Assembly: GCA_951406725.2 (NCBI GenBank)
Contig: OX597819.1
Location: 108,500,001-108,564,000 of the forward strand
Direction: 5' to 3'
From: Octopus vulgaris
Lineage: Eukaryota
DNA: 64,000 bases
Numbering within the stretch: position 1 is the stretch's first letter; each line of letters starts with the position of its first letter. This document shows positions 25,211 to 37,870 of this stretch, piece after piece. Position numbers and translations under genes: made by a program. The notes beneath the pieces were generated by a model that was given only the letters and a program-made list of their open reading frames with translations, had not been told where the DNA came from and made no database searches.

Positions 25211-25937
25211 CAGTAATCAATTGCCATATCACGGTTCACCTATCGCGCCCTCAGTACATCGCGGATTTTTCTGGCTGATATATGGAAATTTATATCACGG
25301 ACTCCTCAGTATATTGTGAGTTTCTGCGGCTGGTAGGCATTTACACTTTTTTAGATTTTAATTATTTCTGTGGTAAAATAAGCATTTTCATGCTTAAAAA
25401 TTAATAAATTAATAAATAAACATACAGTAAAGTACTGCACTGTATAACACATTAATTAAAATACAGTAATCCCTTGACTATCACGAGTGTTACATTCCAA
25501 AACCTTTCACACAAATAATAAAAATCTAAAAAACTATCGGCCACAGAAACCCGGATATACTGAGGAGTCCATAATATAAATTTACATATATTATCCAGAA
25601 AAATCCGTGATATACTGAGTGCACGATAGGTGAACCATGATGTACTGAGTGAGTGATAGGTTAACCACGATATGGCGAGGGATTTGTGTATATCAAAAGA
25701 AAATACGTAATGTATTGTAGATGAGTAAACAATGAATCACACATACTGTATGGCAAATGAAACTCAGGAGGCGAATGTGAGGTGTTGTTTTGCATTTATA
25801 ATAAAATATATATATACAAATTATAAAAAAAAAATAATAAAGAATACGCAGTACTGTTTCTACTTTGCGGATTTTTACCTATTGTGTGTGAGAGGTGGGT
25901 TTGGGACGTAGTACCAGCGATAGTTGAGGGATTACTA
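25211..25937. mobile_element. pogo/Tigger-like MITE containing a nested inverted copy of the same family (25464-25688)
   Basis: TA-CAGTAATC termini at 25211 and 25464, and GAGGGATT(ACT) termini at about 25688 and 25937. Long inverted homology between 25211-25340 and 25535-25688. Confidence 0.75.
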
Positions 25938-26594
25938 TACATTGTTTATATTAGTCAGACTGGTGTCACACTTTGATTGCTGCTTTCACATTACAGCTGT
26001 TGTATGCTCCAGTCTTCTATATAACTTAAATTCATGAACTGTAGCTGTAGTAGAAATGGGTTACATAGAAGTGAAATCATGGTCAGTTCATAATAGACAG
26101 CGACAATCAGATATTTTGATGGACTAAGTGGTATTGTCAATGGAGAGGGTAGAGATGTTCATAAATCTAAATTGGGTATTTTAATGTGACAATTTATTAC
26201 CTCAATTTACCAAGCAACTGAGATAACATACCAGACATGAATAAGTATGTTGTGACACTAACATCATATTCAAATGAGACAGTTGTTATTCATCCACTAA
26301 ATGTCATAAAAAACTCTGGCTAAACTTTAGGCCAATGAACTCTTGAGATTTACACTGGGTATAATACATAAGGACATAAATAAAATCTATAAAAACTGTA
26401 CCAGAGTTTACAACTTTATTACAGTCTGAAAAAATAATCCTGAGTGGCAGAGCACACAGCACAGATAAACAAACATTTTTCTTTTCTTTCCAAAAGACAA
26501 TATTATAAACACCACAAGATCATATAGGTGTACATGGTCATGTGGCTAAAAACTAACATGCAATTATTGAAAACACTTAATAATAAACATAATA

Positions 26595-27018
26595 ATTATT
26601 TCTAACATAGGTATAAGGCCACAAATTTGATGGGGTTAGTCGATTGAATTAACCCCATTACTTGACTGGTAATTCCTTTTGTCTACTCCATAAGGATAAA
26701 AGGCAAGTTGATTTGGATGAAATTTAAACTCAGAACATAAGATACATAACTAAAGACTACAGGTATTTTGTCCTGTTCTAACAGCTCTGCCAATCCACCA
26801 GACCTTAAAAATAGTACTAATTGTTTCTAAATTAGGTACAAGACCAGAAATTTAGGAATAGGAGGTTAATCGATTAAAATGACTCAAGACATGAGTGATA
26901 CTTTATTTTACAAACCTGGAAGGACAAAAGGTAAAGTAGATCTTGGTGAGATCTGAACCCAGAACATAAAGACAAGAGGAAATACCACAAACATTTTGCC
27001 TGATGCTCTAATAAACAG

Positions 27019-27065
<47 letters not shown>
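26595..27065 (-). mobile_element. Two degraded tandem SINE family A-like copies plus (TTA)n
   Basis: Diverged matches to the family A body. Confidence 0.55.
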
Positions 27066-28044
27066 TAAAGAACTGTAAATCTCATGATCCACTTTTTGAA
27101 TCTTATGTCTTCAGCCTGGGCTTATCCTTCCTTTTCTGGGTCTTCTTTCTTTTTTGGTTGTCTCTGACAGCTTGTTATTCTTCTCCAACTTTCATATATG
27201 CCCATCATTTCAAGCCTTGAGCCTATTGAGGCAGGCTTTTTGATACAATATCCTAGTGATGAGCACAGAATAGATTTTTTTTCCTGATGGTAGTTTGGAA
27301 ACAGTAGTTTCTGGGACCTGCTGTTATATTCTTGCCACTACTGTAGTTTGCTGCTTTCCTCCTTTCTCTGCTTCTTCAGCTTCTCAAGGAGAAATCCCCC
27401 AACAGGCTCTGAGAATCACATGTATAACAAGTGGGATTTCTGCCTTGCATGGCCTGTCTAATTACCAAAAATATATAGTGCTTACCAATGCCCACAAAAG
27501 AGCAACTAAAAGGAACTCTGGCAAAAGTGTGTTCCATCAACCAGGGTGGAGTATATGGAAGTGAGTCCCTGGTCTTTTAAAGACCAAGGAAGATCCAAGG
27601 TAACATGTGGAATTGGTGTGTCACATACCTGCCCACACACTAATGACACAATATATGGGGAGACAAAACCAAAGAGTCATAGCCAAGGACATTGGTAGTA
27701 ATATTTACCCATGGTTCATAACATTTGCAGTACAGTAGAGACAAGAGATGAATGTAGATGTTACATGAAGCAACATGTAGTTATCCTTGAATGTATTTAG
27801 ACTGACAATGCAGGGCTAACAAGCCGGATGCCAGTTCCTAAATGTATTCCTCTGGCACAAAGGCTATGTCCTTTGTAACATGTCTCTCCTGTGTTCTCTT
27901 CTTGTTGGGAACTGACTAGCAAAGCTAGCAAAACTGCAGTTATTGCTATTAAAGTCATTGGAAATATCAATTTTATTCATTTGTTAGAGTGTCTCTTTCT
28001 TTATATGTATTTTTTCCCTTTTCAAATTTTGTGGTGACAATACC

Positions 28045-28280
28045 TATTTCTTTATTACCCACAAGGGGCTAAACATAGAGGGGACAAACAAAGACAGACA
28101 TAGGTATTAAGTCGATTACATCGACCCCAGTGCATAACTGGTACTTAATTTATCGACCCCGAAAGGATGAAAAGCAAAGTCAACCTCAGCGGAATTTGAA
28201 CTCATGACATAACAGCAGACGAAATACCACTAAGCATTTCGCCCGACATGCTAACGTTTCTGCCAGCCCGCTGCCTTCAA
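28045..28280 (-). mobile_element. Full-length tRNA-derived SINE family A with 14-bp target-site duplication
   Basis: TSD GTGGTGACAATACC at 28031-28044 and 28281-28294. A-box and B-box on the minus strand. Confidence 0.92.
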
Positions 28281-28846
28281 GTGGTGACAATACCACTGCC
28301 ACTATGACCACCATTTTACACCTCTCCATGCTGGCATGAGTTGGACAGTTCATTATGGTCCAGGCCCGTTCTTATTCAAAGTTATTGCCCTCCTAAATAA
28401 ATCGGAGAACCATGTTTCACTCAGTCATCTAAGTTTTGGCAAGGTTTCTACAGTTGGCTGCCCTTCCTTACACCATCCTTTTTACAGAATGTAAAAGATG
28501 CATTTTTTCATTGCACCAATACTTGAAAGATTGTCACACTCTCAGTGAGAAGAAAGAATCCCTTCAACCATATGTTGTCTCTGCTTGATTTGTCGACCAC
28601 TTTGCAGAGTGTACTGGATGTTTTTTCATGGCACCAATACTAGTGAGATCACTATGTAACTTGCAAGACTAAACAGTCCTCACTACTCTGAGAGGAAGAA
28701 TGGAAAAGACTGTAGTGACATAAGCTGAGTTGCAACAGAGGTGTTAAAATGCAATGGCAAGAACAGGTTTATTGTTGTCCGAGGGTTGTAGAGGAGAGAG
28801 ATAACAGAAGGGACAGTGGCAAGGGGAGTAATAAGAGAAAAAGAAT

Positions 28847-28886
<40 letters not shown>

Positions 28887-29294
28887 TAAGGATGGGTGAG
28901 AAGGAAGGGTGTTATTGTTTTCAAAATTTCTATCAAAGATTCTTAAAGGATGTATCTATCACCTTCTACTTTGTTTCTAGAGCCAGGAAGCCATTTTGAA
29001 TAAAGTCTTGTTTACATTGCAGCAAAACAGAAAAAAAATCCTTCATTTAATAAATCATAGTAAAATCCAACTTTTCACAGAGCTGTTTTTAGAGGTTTCT
29101 GTACATTTTTAAATCACAAATAACAATGATGATGATAATAGAATCTGTTCTAGATAAGTTAACCCAACAAGAAACTCCCGAAAAATATCTGGCCAAACAA
29201 TAAAGACATACTAGAAAGTTTTCAGCTTGAACAGATGACACATTCAGCAAGAAAATGCTTTTCTACTTTTACTAACAAAAGAATAGTCAAGACA

Positions 29295-29312
29295 GTGTGT
29301 GTGGGGGTGTGG

Positions 29313-29376
<64 letters not shown>

Positions 29377-29410
29377 ATGTGTGTGTGTGGATGTGTGTGT
29401 GTGTGTGTGG

Positions 29411-29448
<38 letters not shown>

Positions 29449-29504
29449 ATGTGTGTGTGTGTGAGGATGTGTGTGTGTGTGTGGATGTGTGTGTGTGTGT
29501 GTGG

Positions 29505-29536
<32 letters not shown>

Positions 29537-29925
29537 ATGTGTGTGTGTGGATGTGTGTGTGTGTGGATGTGTGTGTGTGTGTGATGTGTGTGTGTGTGTG
29601 TGTGGATGTGTGTGTGTGTGGATGTGTTGATGCGTGTGAGTGTGGATGTGTGTGAGTGTGGATGTGTGGATGTGTGTGAGTGTGGATGTGTGTGTGTGTG
29701 AGGATGTGTGTGTGTGTGAGGATGTGTGTGTGTGAGGATGCGTGTGTGTGTGGATGTGTGTGTGAGGATGCATGTGTGTGTGTGTGTGTGTGTGTGTGGA
29801 TGTGTGTGTGTGGATGTGTGTGTGTGTGGATGTGTGTGAGTGTGGATGTGTGTGAGTGTGGATGTGTGTGAGTGTGTATGGGTGTGAGTGTGGATGTGTG
29901 TGTGTGTGTGTGTGAGTGTGTGTGC
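29295..29925. repeat. 630-bp compound (GT)n microsatellite with periodic GGAT/GAGGAT/GAGT interruptions
   Basis: Seen directly. Confidence 0.95.
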
Positions 29926-30805
29926 TGGGTGTTTAATAAAGAAATAACATTTAAACCTGTTTCCTATTTGAAAATCTGACAGAGTAAACATATGAGAGAT
30001 GGTGTAAGTGAGAGTACGAGAGCTACATGTATAGATGACTTTTCCAAAATGCTACAGTATATGCAGACCAAGTTGTTTAGCAATGTTGATCAGCTAATAA
30101 ACTTGACAGACACAGGTGATGAAAGGAAGACACACACACACACACACAATTCATTTGCCTTGGTCTACTGATGACCACATCCCAATCCTTCAATTGCAGA
30201 AAGAACATACAAGTGATTGACTGAAGAGGCAATGTTGTCTAACTGTGTGCATATCACTTTTCTTGCTTTTCAATCCCCTCTCCAAAGCAGAGACCATCAA
30301 ATTAAGTGGCAAAAAGCAATATCTTACATTCTTAAAGAGTTCAAAATAGTCGTCAGCTAGCCATTGAACTATTTCCTTGGTCCCTATTGTGTAAATAGTT
30401 GGAGAGAGTCTCACAGGGGAAACAAAAGCCTGATATATGCCCTACATCTGCGAGCCATCTCAGCTGACTAATATTATACAGATTCAATGCTGTAGACATC
30501 CATACAGATTGTAATCACACATTACAATATATAAATGGTTTAAATTTTTATTATATTCTATGGTATATTGGATTTCATATACAGTAGGAATCTACTATTA
30601 TTTAGGTTGAGAATCAAACCCAAAAATGAACAATTCTTCAGTTAATGCTTATTATGATCTTTAAGTTCAAGTCTTTAAATAATTTTGCTAATTCTTTTCA
30701 AAATCTATCTACACATTGGCCATTTTTCTCTGGGAGTTAGAAAACTCTCATCTCAGTAAATTTTCCTATTATGTGAACTGAATTTCTTTTGTAGTGGGTC
30801 TAAAA

Positions 30806-30971
30806 CAGGGGTCCCCAAACTTTTTAGACCATCGACCCCTTCATGGAATCCTTGACCCCTCATCAACCCCCAGGTATGTACAAGAAAATAAATAATAATG
30901 ATTAAGTAGATGTGCATTTATCGACCCCTTGAACAGTGGGGGGTTGATATCAACCACTTTGGAGACCCCTG
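30806..30971. mobile_element. hAT-superfamily MITE
   Basis: TIRs CAGGGGTCCCCAAA / TTTGGAGACCCCTG. Perfect 8-bp TSD GTCTAAAA (30798-30805 and 30972-30979). Confidence 0.92.
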
Positions 30972-33124
30972 GTCTAAAATATAAACTCCAATAATGCTTG
31001 AAACTTCTGTCAAATTCCTGGCACCAACATTAATATCAAAAATGTCAGTGAAATTGTTCTGCATTGTTGGAGATGCAATACTGAGAGCAGTGGCTTTGTG
31101 CCAGGAGTTGAGAGGTTAAAATATGATAGAGGGACAGGAACAAGGGTTTTACTGTAGAGGAGGTACATGGCTACCCTAGCAGAAAAGGGAGAAAGGATAG
31201 TAGAGATGAAGTGTGAAGATGTACCTGCAAGAAACAAAAGGATGGATAAAAAGGTAATAGGGACAGAGAATTGATGGCTGGGAGGGTTGGTGTGCAAATG
31301 TGTGAAAGGAGAGTGACTGACAATAGAGATGAGGATAGAGACGAATGCAGTGAATGGTGAACATGAGTGGAGGCATATGAGTGGGTCAGGGAGGAGATGG
31401 TGATAGGAATCAATGCATAAAAAGTGCATGATGGAGAGCAGCAGTATGGAAAAAAAAACTTAGATAGATGAGAAATACAAAGATGATATGAAGCAGGTGG
31501 GGAGAAAAGATGCACAATGATAGAGATGAAGGTCAGAGGTCTGCAGGGGTGGTATATAGTGAGTGACAAAAAAAGGTGGAGGGGACATTGATGGCAGATA
31601 TGAAGTGGTGTTCAAGGATAATACAATGGTAAAAGATGATGTTGAGAATATGGGATGGGTAACAAGTTAAATGGTTCCAAGAAGAGGAATAACTAGTAGC
31701 ACAAAAAGGAGGTATAAGTGCAGTTCTATTCTCATGACTGCTGAAATCATAAAAAATATATTGAACAATAGATTCACTGAAATAAATGAAAATAAAATCA
31801 AATAAAGAAATAAGCTGGTCATGGCTGAAATGCCTTTGATCAAAAGTCTTCTGAATCAGGGTTGACCTGGGATTCAACAACAACATGGTCTTCTGTATCT
31901 GTTACTAGAGACTAATTACTCTCTACCAAAATAAAAATTTTGGGGGTCCCTTCTTTTTTCCTTTTTTGTCAGATTCATAAAACATGAGCTAAATATGAGA
32001 AGTTTGAACTTATAATGTGAACCTTAATTGAAATTCAAAAATAAGGAAATTTTAAACTTATTCATTCAGATTTAAATTTCAGCAAGTTGAAAGGTAGAAA
32101 GTACAAATAAAACATTTCTACTCTCTACTCTTCCTCTTTCTTTATTTTGCTTTGAAAGCATCCTAGGTTTAAGAATGCAAAATCTTGAAGCAAAATGAGA
32201 AAAAAAAAAAAAGATTCATATAGAATATCTATTTTTGTCTCTGTGTATACCAAGAATATAATTATAATTATAAAGAGAAAAAATATTGTTGCTTGACCTG
32301 CTAACATACACACACCCACACACAATGCATGTGTGTGTGAGAAAGAGAGACAGACAGACAGACAGAAAAACAATACAAAGAAAGCAAACAATGGGGTAAA
32401 AAAAATAACCTCAGCCTTCTACTTAATATGATAATTGTTTTTCTCCTATGTAACAGAAATACCAGTTTTGCTAAACTGTGAACAATGGAGAACATATTTT
32501 GATTAAATTGATTTCAACTAGTTTACTGTTATTGTTTCAATAATCCAATTCCTCTTCTTCACCTCACTGAAATCACAAAAGTTCCCATGGCTGTGTGGTG
32601 AAGAAGTTCACACTACAGTCACATGCTTCTGGGTTCAAATTCATTGTGCAACATCTAGGGCAAATGTCTTTAACCCCACAACTTTGGGTCAATGTAAGCT
32701 TTGTGCATAAAACTAAGTAGACTGGAAAACTGTGTGGATAGTCATCAGATGAACTGTGTTTATTGTTAGGTGGTAGGCTTAATTTAACACCAACAGCTGG
32801 CCCTTGGATGCCTTTAACAGAATCCACTCTGTTGCAAACTTTAGACTATGTCTCTCTGGTCTGAAGATATCAAGACCTTCAACCTTTTCTTTCAGCAACC
32901 TCAGAGACCCAGCAAAATGGTCATAACTGCTGCTCTTCCTACTCTGACTATATGGAAAATACTAAAAAAAAAAAATTCATTTTCTCATAAAACTGACACT
33001 AAACAGCCAACCATTCACTAATTGCACTCATCTCATTCCTCTTTACTATAGGTCTTCCTAACTATAGTTCAATTTTTAAAAATTATTTTAACCCTTCCAC
33101 AGGCATGTATGATTAAGTTGGTCT

Positions 33125-33434
33125 GGTGGTACATAAAAAGCACTATCCGACTCGTGGCCGATGCCAGCGCCGCCTCGACTGGCTTCCGTGCCGGTGGCAC
33201 ATAAAATACACCAATCCGACCGTGGCCGTTGCCAGCCTCGCCTGGCACCTGTGCAGGTGGCACGTAAAAAGCACCCACTACACTCACGGAGTGGTTGGCG
33301 TTAGGAAGGGCATCCAGCTGTAGAAACATTGCCAGATAAGACTGGAGCCTGGTGCAGCCTTCTGGCTTCCCAGATCCCCGGTCGAACCGTCCAACCCATG
33401 CTAGCATGGAGAACGGACGTTAAACGATGATGAT
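33125..33434 (+). mobile_element. RTE-LINE 3' end (family B), young, with three UTR repeat units
   Basis: CpG-rich. Three GGTGG.AC.TAAAA..AC units precede the common tail ending GGACGTTAAACGATGATGAT. Confidence 0.9.
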
Positions 33435-33804
33435 ATAAAGACAGTGAGGGAAGCCTCTATGCAATCACTCAACATGATAAATATAGCAGGTAAATCTTCT
33501 TCAAATTACCCTACCATTAAAAAAGAGTGGGAAGAATACATTGGGTAAAGTAGGCCTGGATATTCAAAAAGACATGATGGTTCAAGGCTGAAATATCTTT
33601 GATCATAGGCCTGCTCATTTTTCTAGCTTTTTGCATTTTTTAATGCTTTATTTACACATACTCCAAGCCTTCATTGCTGTCTTTCTTTACTTGACTTATA
33701 TGTCTGCTTTCTGTTCCCTCTTTTAAACTTTTCAGTAGGACACTTGAGCATTATATTCAATAAGCACATTATTATAAGTATCATTATCAGCATTATTATA
33801 ATGA

Positions 33805-34025
33805 AAGGTGGCAAACTGACAGAATCATTAGTGCATTGGACAAAATGCTAAACAGTTTTTCTTTTGGCTTTTTATATTCTGAATCTAAATCTTGTTGAGG
33901 TCAATTTTGTATTTCATTCTTTCAGAATCAATAAAATAAGTATCAATTAAGCACTGGGGTCTATGTAATTTACTAGCCCACTCTCTGCAAATTACAGGCC
34001 TTGTGCCTATAGTAAAATAATTATT
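33805..34025 (+). mobile_element. Degraded SINE family A copy
   Basis: AGGTGGCAAACTGACAGAATCATTAG head through GGCCTTGTGCCTATAGTA tail. Confidence 0.7.
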
Positions 34026-36652
34026 ATTGTAATAATATATTGAAATTTCATAATCTAAGGCCTAAGATACAAATTCTGTTAATTGTATGCTGTCAAGTGG
34101 GGATGTATATAAAACTATCAGGAGTATGTATAAAAAGTTGTCAAGTGAAGGAGGATACATAAAGAAAAGTCAGCAGGTGTAGGTATATAAAGCGAGTAAA
34201 TTTGGATAAATAAAAGGTACATAATGATACTTTCCTCAGTGTATAAGGAGATAATTTATTATTGGTTGGCAAACAATTTTTGGGTCACATTTATAAGGAG
34301 TGATAGAGAACCTGAATCAGGTAGGTTAATAATTAACCTCAATGAGTAACCAAGGATAAAGCTAATAACAATGATTCCATAGTTTACCTCCAAAACATAT
34401 TTTATTTAAACTGTTAAATTCTCTGAAACTGAAATAACTGGGTGTTATCAGTGAATTTCAAGTCCAGTTTTAACTCTGGAAAGTTGGTAGTTAAAAAGGA
34501 GAGGAGGAAGTTCAGGGGGGAAATAATCAGAGACATATATTCTTGGTGTACTAACTAAATGCTATACAACTATCAAAGCTGGTAAATATTCTTTATAATA
34601 ATTCTTGTTCTTGCAATATCATGATATAATCTGGTTGTAATTTGTTTTCAAATAACACATACACAAACTCAAAGATTAACTACTGGTTGCAACCTAAACA
34701 ATAAATGATTGGGTACAGTGTATTCCTATACACTGTACCCAATGGTGTTTTAAAATATAGCGCAATTGAAGGCAGGAGGAGGTATGGATGGATAAAATGG
34801 GGTTAGGTGGAATTTCATAGAAGCAAAGACTGTAGTGAAAATAAAGCTTGAAAATTAGTCAGTGCCTTGATTAAGCAAACCTATGATCAAAGGTACTCAA
34901 ACTATGGCAACTGTCTTTTATACAAATATAGTGCACTCTGGAATACATTATTCAATAAGTAATGTTTGAAGGTGATTTGGTTGCTATTTATAGTAGATTA
35001 AAAGACTCCAGAATATAGTGAATGAAGACTTGCTAATCTAGTAGGTAGCCTGCTTTTCTTTCTTTTAGTTTGTTATATTGTCCATAATATTTAGTGCATG
35101 CTTCCCAATATGATAGTATTTAGATACAGATCTAGTGACAGTATCTTAGTGGTCAGCATTGAAGCTGCTTAAGTGGTCAATGCTAGTCATTTTCAAGCTC
35201 TGAAATGTTATCTCTCAATGTAACATTTGGGTTTTATGGGGTTCAAGCCAATGAGGAAACCTTTACAAGATTGCTCAATCTGCTAGAAATCGTAGCTAAA
35301 TCTTCATCAAAATAAATCTTACCATTTTAAAAATAAAAGAATACATTGGATAAGATGGTCCCAGATACATTATATCTGAATAAAAGATGTGATGGTCATG
35401 GCAGGAACACCCGTCATCATAGTTCTACTAGATCAGGGTTGATTTTACACTAAATCACAACAATGTCAAAATTAATGCTGTTGTTTATTTACTTAATTAT
35501 TGTCTTTCTATGTGTATAAAGACTCACAGCGTCAGATAACCTATCTCGCTCCAACTTATATTATCAACAGGTGGACATAAACCCAACGTGGCACGCTAAT
35601 AAATTACTTGACAATGTTACCGCACCATAACTTCTGTTGTTGCTTATCTAAATAACAAGTAGTTTCTGCTTGTGAATTACTTGTGTTCACTTTAATTCTG
35701 TCTTGGTTACAGACACAACAGAGGATAGAAAACTATACAAACCACTCAGCTGATTGTCAGGTTCTCTACTCACTCAGCCAAAATGATAATTAATAACAAA
35801 ATATTTTGGCCAACTTTATAACAAGTTTCTTCAAACACTTGGGATGTTGAAAAACAAAAATCAAATTATAAAAAAGACAAGGCAAGAATACTTATTAAAA
35901 ATAAGACACAAAACCCTGTAGCCTAACACATTAGAATATATAAAATATGTTGATTGTTATGCTTTGCAGGTAAATTAACAAAGAATGCAAATATCTGACA
36001 TTTGATTACAATTGTTATTGTTTAACTCCAGGTTAGTCTCAAATGAACAGACCTAAGGCCAAAAGAATTCCAGCCATGACCATCTTGTCTTTTACTCAAA
36101 TGCAGTGTCTCTTAGACTACATTATTCACTGTTTCTTTCATTTTTGTAAAACAAAACAGATTTTAAAGGGCATTTGGTTGCAATTTCTGGCAAATCAAGC
36201 CATCATGTAGATAATTCCCTCATTGACTTGTTTGATTACAAATTGATATGATTGTATCACAAATGGTTAGAAATAAAGCTAAATTAAGGGGGAAAATAAT
36301 GTCAGTCTTTTTTTTTTAATAAATAAATACATAAAATAACCCCACCAAAATAAAACAATGTATTCTTCTGGTTGCAATCAGCTTGAAACATATAAGTAGA
36401 TTATGTTGACCTAAATGAATAAAACTGAAGACAAAGTCTGAAAGAAAGGAAAGGATTGGTGATGGACAGAACTGATTTATTTGTAATCAGAATATAATTG
36501 AGAGATAGTTAATTAGGTTAGCCATTACTTAGATAATCTTTAGCAAACATTGACATTTTTTTTTTAATGGAGAATTTTCAAGAAGAAATTTTAACAAGGA
36601 CAGTGAGACAATATTAAAAAATATTTCAAGACAAACAATATTTAAATGCTTG

Positions 36653-36869
36653 AAGGGCGGTGAGCTGGTAGGATCATTAGCATGCAGGGTGAAAGGCTTA
36701 GTGGTATTTCGTCTGCCATTACGTTCTGAGTTCAAATTCTGCTGAGGTCAACTTTGCCTTTCATCCTTTCAGGGCCAATAAATTAAGTACCAGTTGTGTA
36801 CTGGAGTCGATCTAATCAACTGCACGCCCCTCCCCCAAAATTTTGGGCCTTGTGCCTAGAGTAGAAAAG
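36653..36869 (+). mobile_element. Full-length SINE family A
   Basis: GGCGGTGAGCTGG head and GAGTTCAAATTC B-box. Flanked by imperfect TSD AATATTTAAAT(GCTTG/ACATG). Confidence 0.9.
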
Positions 36870-36901
36870 AATATTTAAATACATGTGTGTGTATGTATGT
36901 T

Positions 36902-36991
<90 letters not shown>

Positions 36992-37870
36992 CAGGGTATG
37001 GTGAATAAACTGTCGTCTAAATTACGCAAAAATGAAAATAACAGTGACATCTCATTTTAACAGATATGTTTACCAAAATTACATAAAAATGTCTTGAAAT
37101 ACTAAACTGTAAATCTATTCAATAGATTCGCCATTCACTTCAACCATAGCTTCTAAACAACTTCGGAATCTCCTGCAATTCTTCTGGACAGTCTCCTTGT
37201 CTAAGCTGGTAAATGCTGCCATAAGCCTTATCTTCAGTTCATCTTTGATGTTACAAGGAGTTTTGTTGGTTTCTCTCTCAACTGTACCCCACACATAATA
37301 ATCAAGGAGGTTGCAGTCTGGGGAGTTAGGTAGCCAGATGTTAGGGATGATGTGGTTGCAGAAATTGTCTGACAGCCATGACTGGGTTCTCCTGCTTGTG
37401 TGGAGTGGTGCAGAGTCCTGTTGCCAGACATAGGTTGTTCCAGCAACCAGCCTCTTGACCCTGGGCAGTACTACCTTCTCCAGGCACTTGATGTAGGCCA
37501 CCATGTTGAGTCAGAGGCTGTGTGGGAAGATAAATGTAGGCATAATGTCACCATCACTAGTGATCACTCCAAACACCATGATGTTGACTGGATATTTGAT
37601 TCTTATCACTCTGGGTACACGTTTTGGGGATACAGCAAGCCAACGGTTGTTCTGTGTGTTCCCATCTGTTCATATTGGAGCTTCTAGCTTGAATGCCAAG
37701 AAGTACAGTATGTCATTTCCAAATTTCTGGCAGAGTGAATTGCATCATGATGCTGTTGTTCTCACAGACAGTACCCTACTACGCTGTGTCGTTGACAAAA
37801 TCACAAACAAACAATGCACATGCGTGAAATTAAAAATATAAAATGGCAACAATTTACCCATCACACCCTG
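36992..37870 (-). mobile_element. Tc1/mariner DD37D (maT-like) internally deleted transposon, copy 2
   Basis: TA-flanked TIRs CAGGGTATGGTGAATAAACTGTC / CAATTTACCCATCACACCCTG. ORF 37115-37504 reads WQQDSAPLH...WLPNSPDCNLLDYYVWG, with 37 residues between the second and third catalytic Asp. Confidence 0.92.

Noticed and set aside
27280-27960. Non-repetitive, moderately GC-rich stretch with an 89-aa ORF
   Set aside because: No recognisable motif. It may be an ancient element, but that cannot be supported from sequence alone.
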